A DNA stretch of 64,000 nt, taken from positions 1-64,000 of the forward strand of contig JASVEC010000025.1 in the NCBI GenBank assembly GCA_030770535.1, read 5' to 3'. This DNA is from Batkoa obscura. Its lineage: Eukaryota. The notes beneath the pieces were generated by a model. It made no database searches. It was not told where the DNA came from and saw nothing but the letters and a program-made list of their open reading frames with translations. Positions 53,588-64,000 of this stretch are shown piece after piece; position 1 is the first letter of the stretch; every line of letters starts with the position of its first letter. The position numbers and the translations under genes were made by a program.

Positions 53588-54301
53588 TTATTTATATAGT
53601 TTGAATTCAGCTGGTAAGTTTTGTTCTGAAAACGATGTTTGGTCACACAAAAAAATTCTTCTTATACAACAATTAGGGTTTAAAGTTATTTGAATTACTT
53701 CTTTGAAATTGGTAATGTAGTATTTTCTAATTAAAGATCGAAGATCTAATACAATTTGGTTCCAATTGGGTTCTAAATCTAATTTTAAACATAATATTTC
53801 TGGAGTAACCCTTTTTTCTAGCTTAATAAATAAATATACTTAAATGAATTAACTAATATATAATAGTATTCTTACTTGAAACGTTGACACTCTTATTCTT
53901 CGTATTCTATTTTTATCATCTAAAGCTTTCACTTCCATACTAAACTCTTTGTTTAAATTTTTTAAAACAAGAACCAACTGTGGTAAAGACAAACCTAAGC
54001 CATCAGCAAAGTTAGCAGGACATTTTAAATGCACTTTTGATAAATCATTCGCAATTAGTCGATGTACTTTAGCATCAATTTCAGTATCGTGTACTAAATT
54101 CAATTCGCAGTCTTTTGAATCGGTAGTCATTAATTGCCATAATTCTAAAGGTTTGGAACTAAATAATTTAATAACTTATTTATTATAGTTTGTTTTCTTT
54201 TACCCTTCAGTAAAATATAATGTCAATGGGCTATACTAAAATCGTTTAATTTAAATTTATGTTATTTTTTTAGAATTTACATTTTCACATTGTCGAAACA
54301 T
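53588..54301 (-). CDS. CFAP20: CFAP20/BUG22 homologue, divergent (4 exons)
   Basis: GSKPLELW, LGLSLPQLVLVLKNL, LDDKNRIRRIRVSTFQ, WNQIVLDL, NCCIRRIF, LPAEFKLY. Confidence 0.9.
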
Positions 54302-54741
54302 TTTGAAATTTAAAGCTTGAATAAAAATAAGTTATTTTTTTTTGAAGTTTAATGCATGAAATGCCACAAATAGAATTTGAAATTTATTGAGTTGTTTTAC
54401 ATAATTGACAAATATAAAATATAAATTGACGGTTAAAATAAAAATATTTTTAATATATATAAAAAAAGGGGAAAAAGAAGAGATAAGATAAAATGAGGGG
54501 TTAAATTGAAAGAAAATTGGGCTGTCTAAAGTTGGGATGTGTACTACACTTACAATGCTTACTAGTAAAAACAAAACATGAGATTAAAATGGAACTATTA
54601 TTATCAGATAATATAATAATTTTAACATTAAAATAAGAATACTAATATGAATAATAATAATAAGTTTATGAAATAAAAGACGAGATTTAATGTTTACAAT
54701 CGTGAAATATAAACGAATAATAATACAATGTTTTAAATATT

Positions 54742-55815
54742 TTAATAATAATACCCTGATAAGTTATTATTATTATTATTATTTAAATTGTTATTATATT
54801 GTATGTTCTCATTGATTCCTGAACTCATATTTAAAACTGATACATCAAACGAACCATTCCTATACGGTTGAAAATTATTTAAGCCATAATAACTATTAAA
54901 TATTGGGTTATTAACTTGATGAGGTGTAAATGATTCGTTTAACATGGCAGTGTTATTAGTGGTAGGCATATAATAATTGGAATCTATCATCATAGTATTT
55001 TTTAATTGAGATTCCAATGGAAAAGAATTACGACGGAAATATTGTTCATCACTTTCCTCAGTAAACACATTTGGAAACCCTGCTGAAAGGGGGGTGAGAC
55101 ATAGTGGGGTGGTAATGAATCCATTTAAGGGATTATTAGTGTTATCGTTAGTACTGTTACTTGATAATAGGGAACTGCTTTGCATATTCATCATTGTATT
55201 ATTGGTCATCATAGTGGTAAACATAGACATATCGTGGGCGCTATTGTTGTTGTTTATGTTTGATTGCAATAAATTTAACGGGGCAGGACAACGTTTGTTC
55301 AATTTTTCTTTATTGTTATTTATGGTAACATGGTCAACCTTTTCATTGTTATCTTGAATATCATTTGATGTGCTTGGATGGTTATCTTCTTCAGTTTCAT
55401 TTTCGTTGGAATGAAATTCATGATCAAAGGTCGTGGTTTCTTCTTTAATTCCATTATCAGTCTCTTGTGTAGCATTAGTATTACTTTTTGAGTTATTTTT
55501 AAGCTTATCTTTTGCTCTCTTATTTTGGAACCAAATTTGTACGGAACGTGGGGTCATGTTAAGTTTGTTAGCTAGGAATTTACGTAGATTTAAATTGGGC
55601 TTGCTTGTTTCTTGATATGTTTTCTCCAATAATTTAAGTTGGCCACGGGATATCTTTTTCCTTTGTTTGACTTCGTTTAAAGGGAATAGAGTATTATACA
55701 TAAGTGGATCATTTTTAAAGTTAGGTGGGATTGCGTTTGGATAGTAAGGTGAGATCATACCATTGGATTGTATCAACTCATAGCTTGAATTTGGGTTGAA
55801 ATAAGAATAATTCAT
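54742..55815 (-). CDS. Homeodomain transcription factor with Asn-rich region
   Basis: KQRKKISRGQLKLLE...LANKLNMTPRSVQIWFQNKRAKDK. Confidence 0.93.
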   Translation of the reverse strand: MNYSYFNPNSSYELIQSNGMISPYYPNAIPPNFKNDPLMYNTLFPLNEVKQRKKISRGQLKLLEKTYQETSKPNLNLRKFLANKLNMTPRSVQIWFQNKRAKDKLKNNSKSNTNATQETDNGIKEETTTFDHEFHSNENETEEDNHPSTSNDIQDNNEKVDHVTINNNKEKLNKRCPAPLNLLQSNINNNNSAHDMSMFTTMMTNNTMMNMQSSSLLSSNSTNDNTNNPLNGFITTPLCLTPLSAGFPNVFTEESDEQYFRRNSFPLESQLKNTMMIDSNYYMPTTNNTAMLNESFTPHQVNNPIFNSYYGLNNFQPYRNGSFDVSVLNMSSGINENIQYNNNLNNNNNNNLSGYYY

Positions 55816-57485
55816 GATTTAAATAAAACAAAAAAGGTAAAGAAAAACAAAAGGAAGTATATAATTTATTATAATTAATAATTGGAAACTATTCAATTAT
55901 AACGTTGATGTACAATGGAAAATGAGTTCAAACTAGATGATTTGGTGATAAATTGATTGTTTAGTCTTTTGATTGTTATCAATAGTTTACAGTTAGAATA
56001 TCAACTAAATTTAGTTATTTTATAGATTATATACTACAGAATATAACTAATCTTGAAATAAAGAAAAAAGTAAAGTTCAATTTATTCAGTTATTAGTTCA
56101 AGTTTATTTTTAAACTAACTGTTACAGGTAATAAATTTTAAAACGTAGTATATTCCAAATCTAAGTTGATGGTGGGTCTAAAATTCTTTGATGTTAAATT
56201 TCCTATAGGAAATATAATGAGAATTTATTTACTCCAGGTAAAATCCCAGCTTTTTTAAAACCAAAAAAAGTAGTCCCTTAAAAATTATTGGCTCTTAGTT
56301 CGTCTCCCTTTTTTTTACTTCCTATAACACAAAGGGAATCTTGTTGATAAATTTTATTTAACCCCTAAAATTAATTTTAATATGAAGATTATTAATCAAT
56401 AGTACATATTGTTTTATAATAACAATTAAATTATTAAGATTAAGCTTATTATTATGCTTTAAATAAATAGTTTTTATTTTTCATTATTGTTAGTAACTTT
56501 TATTACTACTTATTGATATTATTTATTAAAACTAAATGATAATTTTATACATTTATAATTTTATTTACCCAACCTAGAAATCTAGAAGTGTGAGATCATT
56601 TTAGTAACTGATTTTGATTGGAGGTTGGGTATATAATTGGTAGTTTTATAATTTGTTCATCAATATAAATCAATAAAAATAAAAAGTGATTGTGGATTAA
56701 TCATAACGCAATAGTAATGCTTCATTTAACTGATTACTTTTTACAAATAATAAGCTCTTATTAATTTATCTTTAACGTTACTTTTCTCCTGTGCATTTTT
56801 TAGATTGAATTGAGCTAGACTTTCAATTTATTTTGTAGCTTTTTTTCACATTGGGGTTTTTAAGCTAAAAGTATGAACTCAAGCTGATATTTTAATTTAA
56901 ACTGGATTATTGTACTTTTAATTAATCTTTTTAATAGTTAAATTAAAATTAGTAAATCTCACTTTATATGAAATAAAATAATGACAATAATAAAAGTAAC
57001 TATCTAATTATGTTTATTTCCTTTACATTTACTTTCAAGATAATGATACTAAAATTTCAAAATTGGTTTTAAGGTGTTTTATTTGGTGGCACAATTGTTA
57101 AATTTCAATTGTATAGTAACTAACTGTTCATTTTAAAATAAAAAACTGAGGATTGGACTATAAATTAGCATAATAATACAAATTATTAATTGTAAAAATT
57201 ACCGCTATTTGTTGCATAGTTGAACCTTATGAATCATAATCTAACTCAACTAAAATAAAGATTTATTAGCTTACAAAGGTGCTATAAGAATACATTTTTG
57301 ATCTTAAAATTTAAATGATTTGGGTTGAAAAATTCACTATTGTTTCTGTTATTTTAGTTTATTAAATAACTTTTATTTAAATTTGAACTATTTTGCCCTA
57401 ATTTTTATAACCAATTTTTTAACTATTGGTTACTTTTTGTGTAAAAAATATTTTAACTTGGATTTTGTTCAAATTTGTTTTTTAA

Positions 57486-57664
57486 CCCTTTGAGTACTGA
57501 ACATCTCAAAATCCTGTTTGATTAGATTGGAATTTTTGATCTATCTTTTGATTATTGAGAAATAATTTTTGCTTAGATAGGGCTAATTTGACGAGCAGTG
57601 TTCATGATTTTATTTTGCTCTACAAAAACTTAGGGAACATAACTTGTTCACGGTACTCAAGTGG
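57486..57664. mobile_element. piggyBac-type MITE family B, copy 2 (shorter, inverted)
   Basis: TTAA-CCCTTTGAGTACT...GGTACTCAAGTGG-TTAA; subterminal sequence shared with 7784-8027. Confidence 0.8.
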
Positions 57665-57755
57665 TTAAATAAACACTAAACAGTTCAATTTTAAGCCGAA
57701 GTCAATATGATATCGTAAAAGTATAGCAAAGTTAGAATAACAATAATCATTTATA

Positions 57756-57800
57756 ATGTTAAAATGTTTAAAATGTTTAAAATGTTTAAAATGTTTAAAA
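57756..57800. repeat. 9-bp tandem repeat (AAATGTTTA) x~5
   Basis: Direct reading. Confidence 0.8.
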
Positions 57801-58651
57801 TTAAAATAATAGATATTTAAATTAAACTTTTTTATCATAATTCAAGCAAGTATCTTATTATTCTAATAATTTATAAGAATTAAATTATAAGTTAAAAGTA
57901 TTAAAGATTTAGATATAAAGTTAATTTGGCTCATGCTATAACAATGAAACTAAGCCAAGGAGTTACCTCTTAGGTTTTCTCTAAACTCTTACCAAGCTAC
58001 CTTATCAACTCAAAGGTTTAAAGGGGCATTCAGTGCCAACAACAGTTTATACTGAGTTGTCTTAAATTGGATGAATGACGAAGAAGCGAGAAAGGATGAG
58101 TTCAGAAACCAAGTCAATACTAAAGCCATTTAACAAATTCAATCAACCTACCAGACCATCACCTAAATTGACTTATAGTTTTATCCAGCTAAGCAATGTT
58201 TATCGACGTGCTAAAATTTAGGGTAAGGCAGTAGGTAGCGCAATGTTAAATGCTTAAATAGCAAAGGCAAATTCTTAAAAAATTAAGCTAGAAATTGAAA
58301 GTATCTTTTTATACATGAATTTAAAAAACTGGATTAAATGACTTAAATTAATGGCAGGATTTGATTGATTTTTTACGCAGTTTAAAAATGGGATACTCTA
58401 GCTAACATATAATCAAAAAATTGCTGACACTCTAAATTTGATTTCAAAAACAGTAAAATCGAATTTTTTACTAACTTTGAAAAAAAACACAAAATAATAA
58501 CAGCTATTTATTATTATATCGCTAAATTAGCTATTGATAGCATTGAATTTATATATAGTATCAAATAATTAAAAAAGGCATAAAAGTTTTAAAAAAAAAT
58601 ACATTTTATAAATCAACCAAAAAAATATAAAAGTTTTTTATTAGTTTCTTA

Positions 58652-59319
58652 TGTGAAATATTGCTTCATCAGCTCTCTATAATTGATTATCAAAATAATC
58701 ACTTGACTTGTTTATAAAACTAATTGTAGCCTTGTATTCAGTTTGATCGTGATTCATGTGATACAATCAATCCAAAGTCCTTTATTTAGATTTGTTATGA
58801 GAATTCCTACCGCCTAATCATGAAGAACTTATTGTCCACATTTTGATGTCCATACTTGGTAACTACAATAAGGAATAACTGTTATCATGCTTCTCATATA
58901 TAACCACCCAGTTGGAGTATAAAAGAGATTCTTCAACATGATAACTCGAGGCTTTTTGATTGAATTATTCGCTGATATCGTACCTTTAATAAAGCCACTA
59001 AGTCTTATAGTATTTTATGTAGATTTTACATTAGTATTTGGGGGTGTTTTTTTTGGCTTCATTACTTTTTCCATCTTTTAAATGCTATTTAAGTGGAAAA
59101 ATTGGTAGTAAAATTTTTAAACAAAAAAATATATCCCCATTTTCTATTCTATTCTATTCTATTCTATTCTATTTATTTTACATAGTTCGTAGCTTATTAC
59201 CTACTACTCCTATTCCTTTATGTCTATCTTAATTACATAAACTAAGATCTTTCGACTTATGGTAAGTTAATCAAGTAAGAATTGCTTTTAACTCTTACCA
59301 CTGAGTACCAACTTCTACA
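58652..59319 (+). mobile_element. Solo LTR, copy 2 (668 bp)
   Basis: TGTGAAA...TTCTACA with 4-bp TSD CTTA (58648-51, 59320-23); TATAAAA near 58918 then AATAAA near 58989. Confidence 0.88.
59040..59138 (+). mobile_element. MITE family A inside solo LTR 2
   Basis: Flanks ATTT/ATTT; identical position to that in LTR copy 1. Confidence 0.9.
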
Positions 59320-59560
59320 CTTATTTATAGTTTCTTCTGAATTACAATAAAATAAAAACAGGTTTATTATTTTATATCTTCATTATTTAAATTTAAATTT
59401 GTATAAATATTAATGATGTATAATTTAATAACGCTTATATTTAATAAAAACGCAATCAATTTAAAACTTAATATAAATATTTAAATTATAAAATACCATT
59501 TTTGGTAAGTATTTGATATATTGTAAAACAAAAAAAGCTTTAAATCAAATTTCAGGATAT

Positions 59561-59658
59561 AGGGATATATTTTTATGTTTAAAAATTTTACTAACAATTT
59601 TTCCACTCAAATAGTGCTTAAAAAATGGAAAAAGTGATAAAGCCAAAAAAAACACCTC
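59561..59658 (-). mobile_element. MITE family A, copy 17
   Basis: Consensus match; flanks ATAT/ATCT. Confidence 0.85.
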
Positions 59659-60986
59659 ATCTTTTTTTTACATTATAGACTATATATCCATAAACTCTTG
59701 AGCTTCCCGCACCTCCTGACCAAACCCTAATAAACGCTTTAGTAACACACATGTGTATTACTATAAATGCAGTAGGGCAATTGAGCCCAGGCTATAAACA
59801 AATAATAAAAATTAATAGTTTATTCGAGGAAATGATCTCGAAACAGCTATGACTTCTGGCAACTTAACTACTTTGTAAATTTAAAAAAATAATTACTGAG
59901 GTAGCAATAACAGCTGGTTTGGTATATAGTGAGTATCCTTTTTGATGTATAGTTCATTTTTTATCTCCTATAATCTATTGTTTAACTTTATCAAATAACC
60001 TGGATCCTTTAAACGGGGATAAGGTTAAACTTATCTAAACGTGATTTAAATGCTTCTTGGCCTTTAAAGTTAAAAATAAAATGCTTTTGTTTTATTTTAC
60101 TTTATTTTATTTTATTTTATTTTATTCTATTTTATAAGCTTACAAACTTTTGAAGTACTTCTGCGATCAAGGTTAATATATAAAATAATGATAAATCTAA
60201 TATAATATTATTTCATTCTCATAATAAAATACCATGAGTATTCGATCTGAATTTCAATTTCAATATTGTTGGACTTTAATTTGGTTCCAGTCAGTAATTG
60301 AGTTCTATTATATGCCTTATATGTAGTTTCCAAAGGTTTTACAAAACTGTAACACTACATTTGGCACTAATAGTTCCAAATATTTGATATTCCAATTTTC
60401 TTATTGCTTTAATATATATTAAGTAAAGTAGTTTCTTTGCCGCTTTATTTAGTATATTATAAGCTCATTTATTTGATGTATTTTAAGGATTAAAGTTTTA
60501 AATTTTGATAAAATGGTTTCCAAATAATTGTAATGCAGTCACATTTCACGGTAACAATTTAAGTTAATGCATCAAGGATCAATTTCGTGTAGATAATAAG
60601 AGAAGTACTTTAAATATTAGAAAAGTACTTTAAATTAGAATTAAAAAAATATATCTACAATATGACTCTATTGATTTCTAATTTGACTCAAAGCTTAATC
60701 AAAATTTGCGCTTAAAAAACAAAAAACATCACTGTATAAAAAATTAATTTAAGACTTCTTGGTTGTTTTTGAGAAATAATATTTACAAACTGAAAAATCT
60801 ATTAAAACATTAGGTAAGAACTTTATTTTGAAAGATGAGGGTTTCATTATATATTAGTAAGTAAATAACTATTAACCTAAGTTTTAAGCTTAGAAGGCCT
60901 TATACTTATCAAAGCAGAAGCATTTTAATTATAATTTAAAATAAATTGCTCTCTGTCTCAATACTAAAATTTAAACATCAAATTAA

Positions 60987-62087
60987 ATGCCAAAAAACAA
61001 ATAACAGAAAAGGATTAAAAGCAAAAGTTAGTGATAGCCAAAAACCTAATAAAACTAGTGATGAGACCAAAAAGTGTTTAATAGGGCTAGCAATAAAGCA
61101 AGGGAACTCGACTAAAGAAGCAGCGAGGGAGTTGTTAGTCAATCACAAATCTGTCAATAGCGCTGTTTACCAAGGGAAAAGGCGTTTGAAAAAGACTTTA
61201 AATGCAGGTGATTTAAATTTAAAAGGTAATGAAGTAAAAAAAAATTATTATCGGACTTGGCAACAAGACAAATAAAAAACAAAAAGAGGATTTATTAGAA
61301 CTAATAATTGAGTATGGAGTACCCATAAAAGACGCATCAGAAGAAGTTGATATTATCTATAGCCTTGCTTATAGGATTGTTGATCGAAAAAGAAAAGAGC
61401 TAACAAAGATTGTAGATTTTAAAAAAAAAGTATCTTAGGAAAGGCTATCTCTTACAAATTATTATTGAAGGACCTGAAAAATCAATAAAGCAGATAGAAG
61501 GAATTTATTAGATATGGTAATTATCAAACGAGAGTCAATTGAAAATGTCACTTCTGAGTTGAATATTACATATGATACTGCAAGAAAGATTGCTGATGAA
61601 GAAAAAGAACGTTTAATTGATGATATAAAAGCAGGAATAATTAAGTTAAAGGAAGGTAGTGATTTGAAATATGTTATCAACAAATCTAATGATACATTGA
61701 ACTATGACATTGAAATGAGATTATGGGAGTTATTAGCTAAAAAAGGGAAATCCATCCAGGATATTACTGATTTATTGCTTATTAAACATAGCACCGCAAC
61801 TTGTATTTATCATAATATCAAAAGAAATCCGAAACAGACTCAAAGGTAGTACAAGCTATTGATACAGGAAAATATAATGAGGTTGATAAAATCAATGAAA
61901 CCAATGAAATTAGCGAAAGTGACGAAAGTGATGAAATTGATAAAGGTGACGAAATTGATGTAAATGATAGGCAAGCTTCAATTGTATTAGTAGATGAATT
62001 TAATTGTTTTGTAAGAAAAATGACACCAGTTTTAAATCTTGACTACAATAACGCTTTGAAAGTTTTTATTCAACATAGCTATAGATA
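60987..62087 (+). pseudogene. Frameshifted gene with four tandem HTH-like repeats and an acidic tail
   Basis: Repeats such as GNSTKEAARELLVNHKSV, GVPIKDASEEVDIIYSLAYRIV, RESIENVTSELNITYDTARKI, GKSIQDITDLLLIKHSTATCIY lie in shifting frames. Confidence 0.65.
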
Positions 62088-62619
62088 AAGAGATGCGAAC
62101 ATTTAGGTTATATAACGTAAAAGAATGTATAATAGATACTAAACACAAGGATCTAGTTCAAAACTATTTTATAGTTTAGCTGATTTTCTTTTATTTAATA
62201 AAGCTGCTCTTATTTAAGTTACTCATCTTAAAGTTAGTATTAAATTTTTATTAGTGTAGTATAAAACTTAAAAGATTAGAAATTGTAATTTAACTGTACT
62301 TGTTATTTTTAAAATAATGAATTTTCGAATTAATAGATTAAATGTTTATTCTTATTTATTTTTTAGTTATATTTTTATGCAATATAACTTTTAAATAAAA
62401 AGTCATTCATATATTAAATTATATTATTGAATGAGGTATCAATAGTATTTGGTAATTGATATGATATAATGTTTTTTTTACATTATTACATTTAATTTTT
62501 GAGCTAAAATTTACATTAATAAATTGTTTTTAATACAAAGTAAGTTTAAAAATAAAAATATTCCAAGGATCTTAATGTAGATTATAACATTTATTTATAA
62601 ACTTTATTAAATTCGGTTA

Positions 62620-64000
62620 TCACAACCTCATCAATCCCTCTGCCATCCCACGAAGTCTATCTAACCTATATAGCTTGGCTAAGTTTACCAATCCTTTATA
62701 ATAACCTCTCATTTTATCTCCCATAAACTGTACATCCTTCACTTCAATTGTACAATTGCTGCATTTTGAGGGTAAAATGGAGGTAGGCATATGATCGCAT
62801 TTTGGGCATTCAACGTCCTGAACTTGGAATGCAGTTACGTTTTGCTGCAGCTGAGTAATTAGTTGCTTTTCAACAATGGCTGTAGGATAGAGTGAAGAAC
62901 ATGAGGGGCAGCACAAACCTTTAAACTTTTCATTTTGAATTTGTACCAAATCGTCCGTAGCTTTATCTTTACTTGAATGTGTTGATTCATCTACATTTTC
63001 ATTGAAATAATTCATCTCATTATCCTCTTCTTCAGAATTGGATTCAAGGATTTTATCTATTTGGTGAGCTTCACTTTTATGATGGCGATTATTTTCTTGG
63101 TCGATATCACTATCTAGCCTTTGCTGCACCTTTAAATTACTCATCGCTATCAAATGCTCATAAAAATTGATCTCCCAGCTAAAGTTACAATAACTGCACA
63201 CTATTTTGGGCAATCGAAGCTGAGTTTCCCTGCTTGATTTATCCTTATACAAACTACGAAAGCCTGCTTTTGTCTGGGGATTCTTATTTGAAAGGCTGGA
63301 ATTTACGGACGTATTACCTTGCTTTACATTCTCTGTCCAATCCTGTACCATCTGAAATTTAGTTTCTGGAGCATATGGGCTGACGTCGATGGCCTCAAAC
63401 AGCTCAAACTTAATGTCACTAAATAAGTTGCTAAGTCGATGGTCCAACTCAAATACTGCAAACGTGTTTTTGATCCATTCCATTGTGATAAACTTTAAAT
63501 TATTATTCTGGGGATTTGAAAGATAGGGGGATCCTGGCAGCATAGGGAATGCAAGTGCTGAATTATCACCACTATTACCTGATGGATTTGTACACGTGAA
63601 ATCCCCAAGAATGCCAAATAGTCGTGCTTTTAGTGAGTTTACGACCATGTTGGTTATATCCACAATTTCTTCTTCGTTAACTTCTTCAACATTCTTTTCG
63701 ATTCCATTACTATTTAATTCTCTTCTAACTTGGTGTATGTCATAAATATACTTTCCAATAATGATATCGAAATACGGCCTTACTAAAGAAGGTAAATAAT
63801 GAGCAATAGACCAATTCATTTCTACATCTTTGAGCCAATATAACGCATCCTCCACGTTGATAACGGGCGTTGATTCTAGTTGTTGGCTAGCTAACAAAGT
63901 AACTGCTAGACTCTTTTCAATTCTTTGATTATCTTCTGCTTTATAAATAATCCCACCATAGTTTGATGGACTCATCCAGATTATTCGATCCCAAAATAAA
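62620..64000 (-). CDS. POL2: DNA polymerase epsilon catalytic subunit, C-terminal part (gene runs off window)
   Basis: WMSPSNYGG, WSIAHYLP, CysA (CSYC...CPSC) and CysB (QDVECPKC...CSNC) motifs; frame open to window end. Confidence 0.88.
   Translation of the reverse strand, partial: LFWDRIIWMSPSNYGGIIYKAEDNQRIEKSLAVTLLASQQLESTPVINVEDALYWLKDVEMNWSIAHYLPSLVRPYFDIIIGKYIYDIHQVRRELNSNGIEKNVEEVNEEEIVDITNMVVNSLKARLFGILGDFTCTNPSGNSGDNSALAFPMLPGSPYLSNPQNNNLKFITMEWIKNTFAVFELDHRLSNLFSDIKFELFEAIDVSPYAPETKFQMVQDWTENVKQGNTSVNSSLSNKNPQTKAGFRSLYKDKSSRETQLRLPKIVCSYCNFSWEINFYEHLIAMSNLKVQQRLDSDIDQENNRHHKSEAHQIDKILESNSEEEDNEMNYFNENVDESTHSSKDKATDDLVQIQNEKFKGLCCPSCSSLYPTAIVEKQLITQLQQNVTAFQVQDVECPKCDHMPTSILPSKCSNCTIEVKDVQFMGDKMRGYYKGLVNLAKLYRLDRLRGMAEGLMRL

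Noticed and set aside
49267..59319. A 10-kb composite transposon with 670-bp terminal inverted repeats
   Set aside because: Each repeat has its own 4-bp TSD and TG..CA-type ends, so they are independent solo LTRs.

Overview
Very AT-rich eukaryotic DNA with short (mostly ~45-100 nt) spliceosomal introns. Gene content points to an early-diverging fungus, possibly Zoopagomycota/Entomophthorales-like (inference). The first 14 kb hold a cluster of six secreted, Kex2-site, Gly/Ser-rich (Gly-X)n proteins. Embedded in it (11.1-12.2 kb) is a non-coding host gene, absent from the ORF track, whose five introns each carry one box C/D snoRNA at a nearly fixed 55-61 nt from the 3' splice site; it includes a 2-nt exon. 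The rest is mostly housekeeping genes: Maf, rhomboid, SAH1, SOD-like mitoribosomal protein, SmG, PFA-DSP phosphatase, divergent cytochrome c, TRAF7-like E3, PEX1, SEC17, TOA2, a divergent XRN, RVB1, CFAP20, a homeobox gene and the POL2 3' end. Also present: two microproteins missed by the ORF track, a triple RanBP2-finger protein with a presequence-like N-terminus, and two pseudogenes. Mobile DNA: 17 copies of a ~98-bp MITE with 4-bp AWWT-type target duplications, TTAA-flanked piggyBac-type MITEs, two solo LTRs, and a three-level nest (MITE in solo LTR in mariner relic). Exon structures were read by eye and rRNA positions are recalled from yeast numbering; both need checking.
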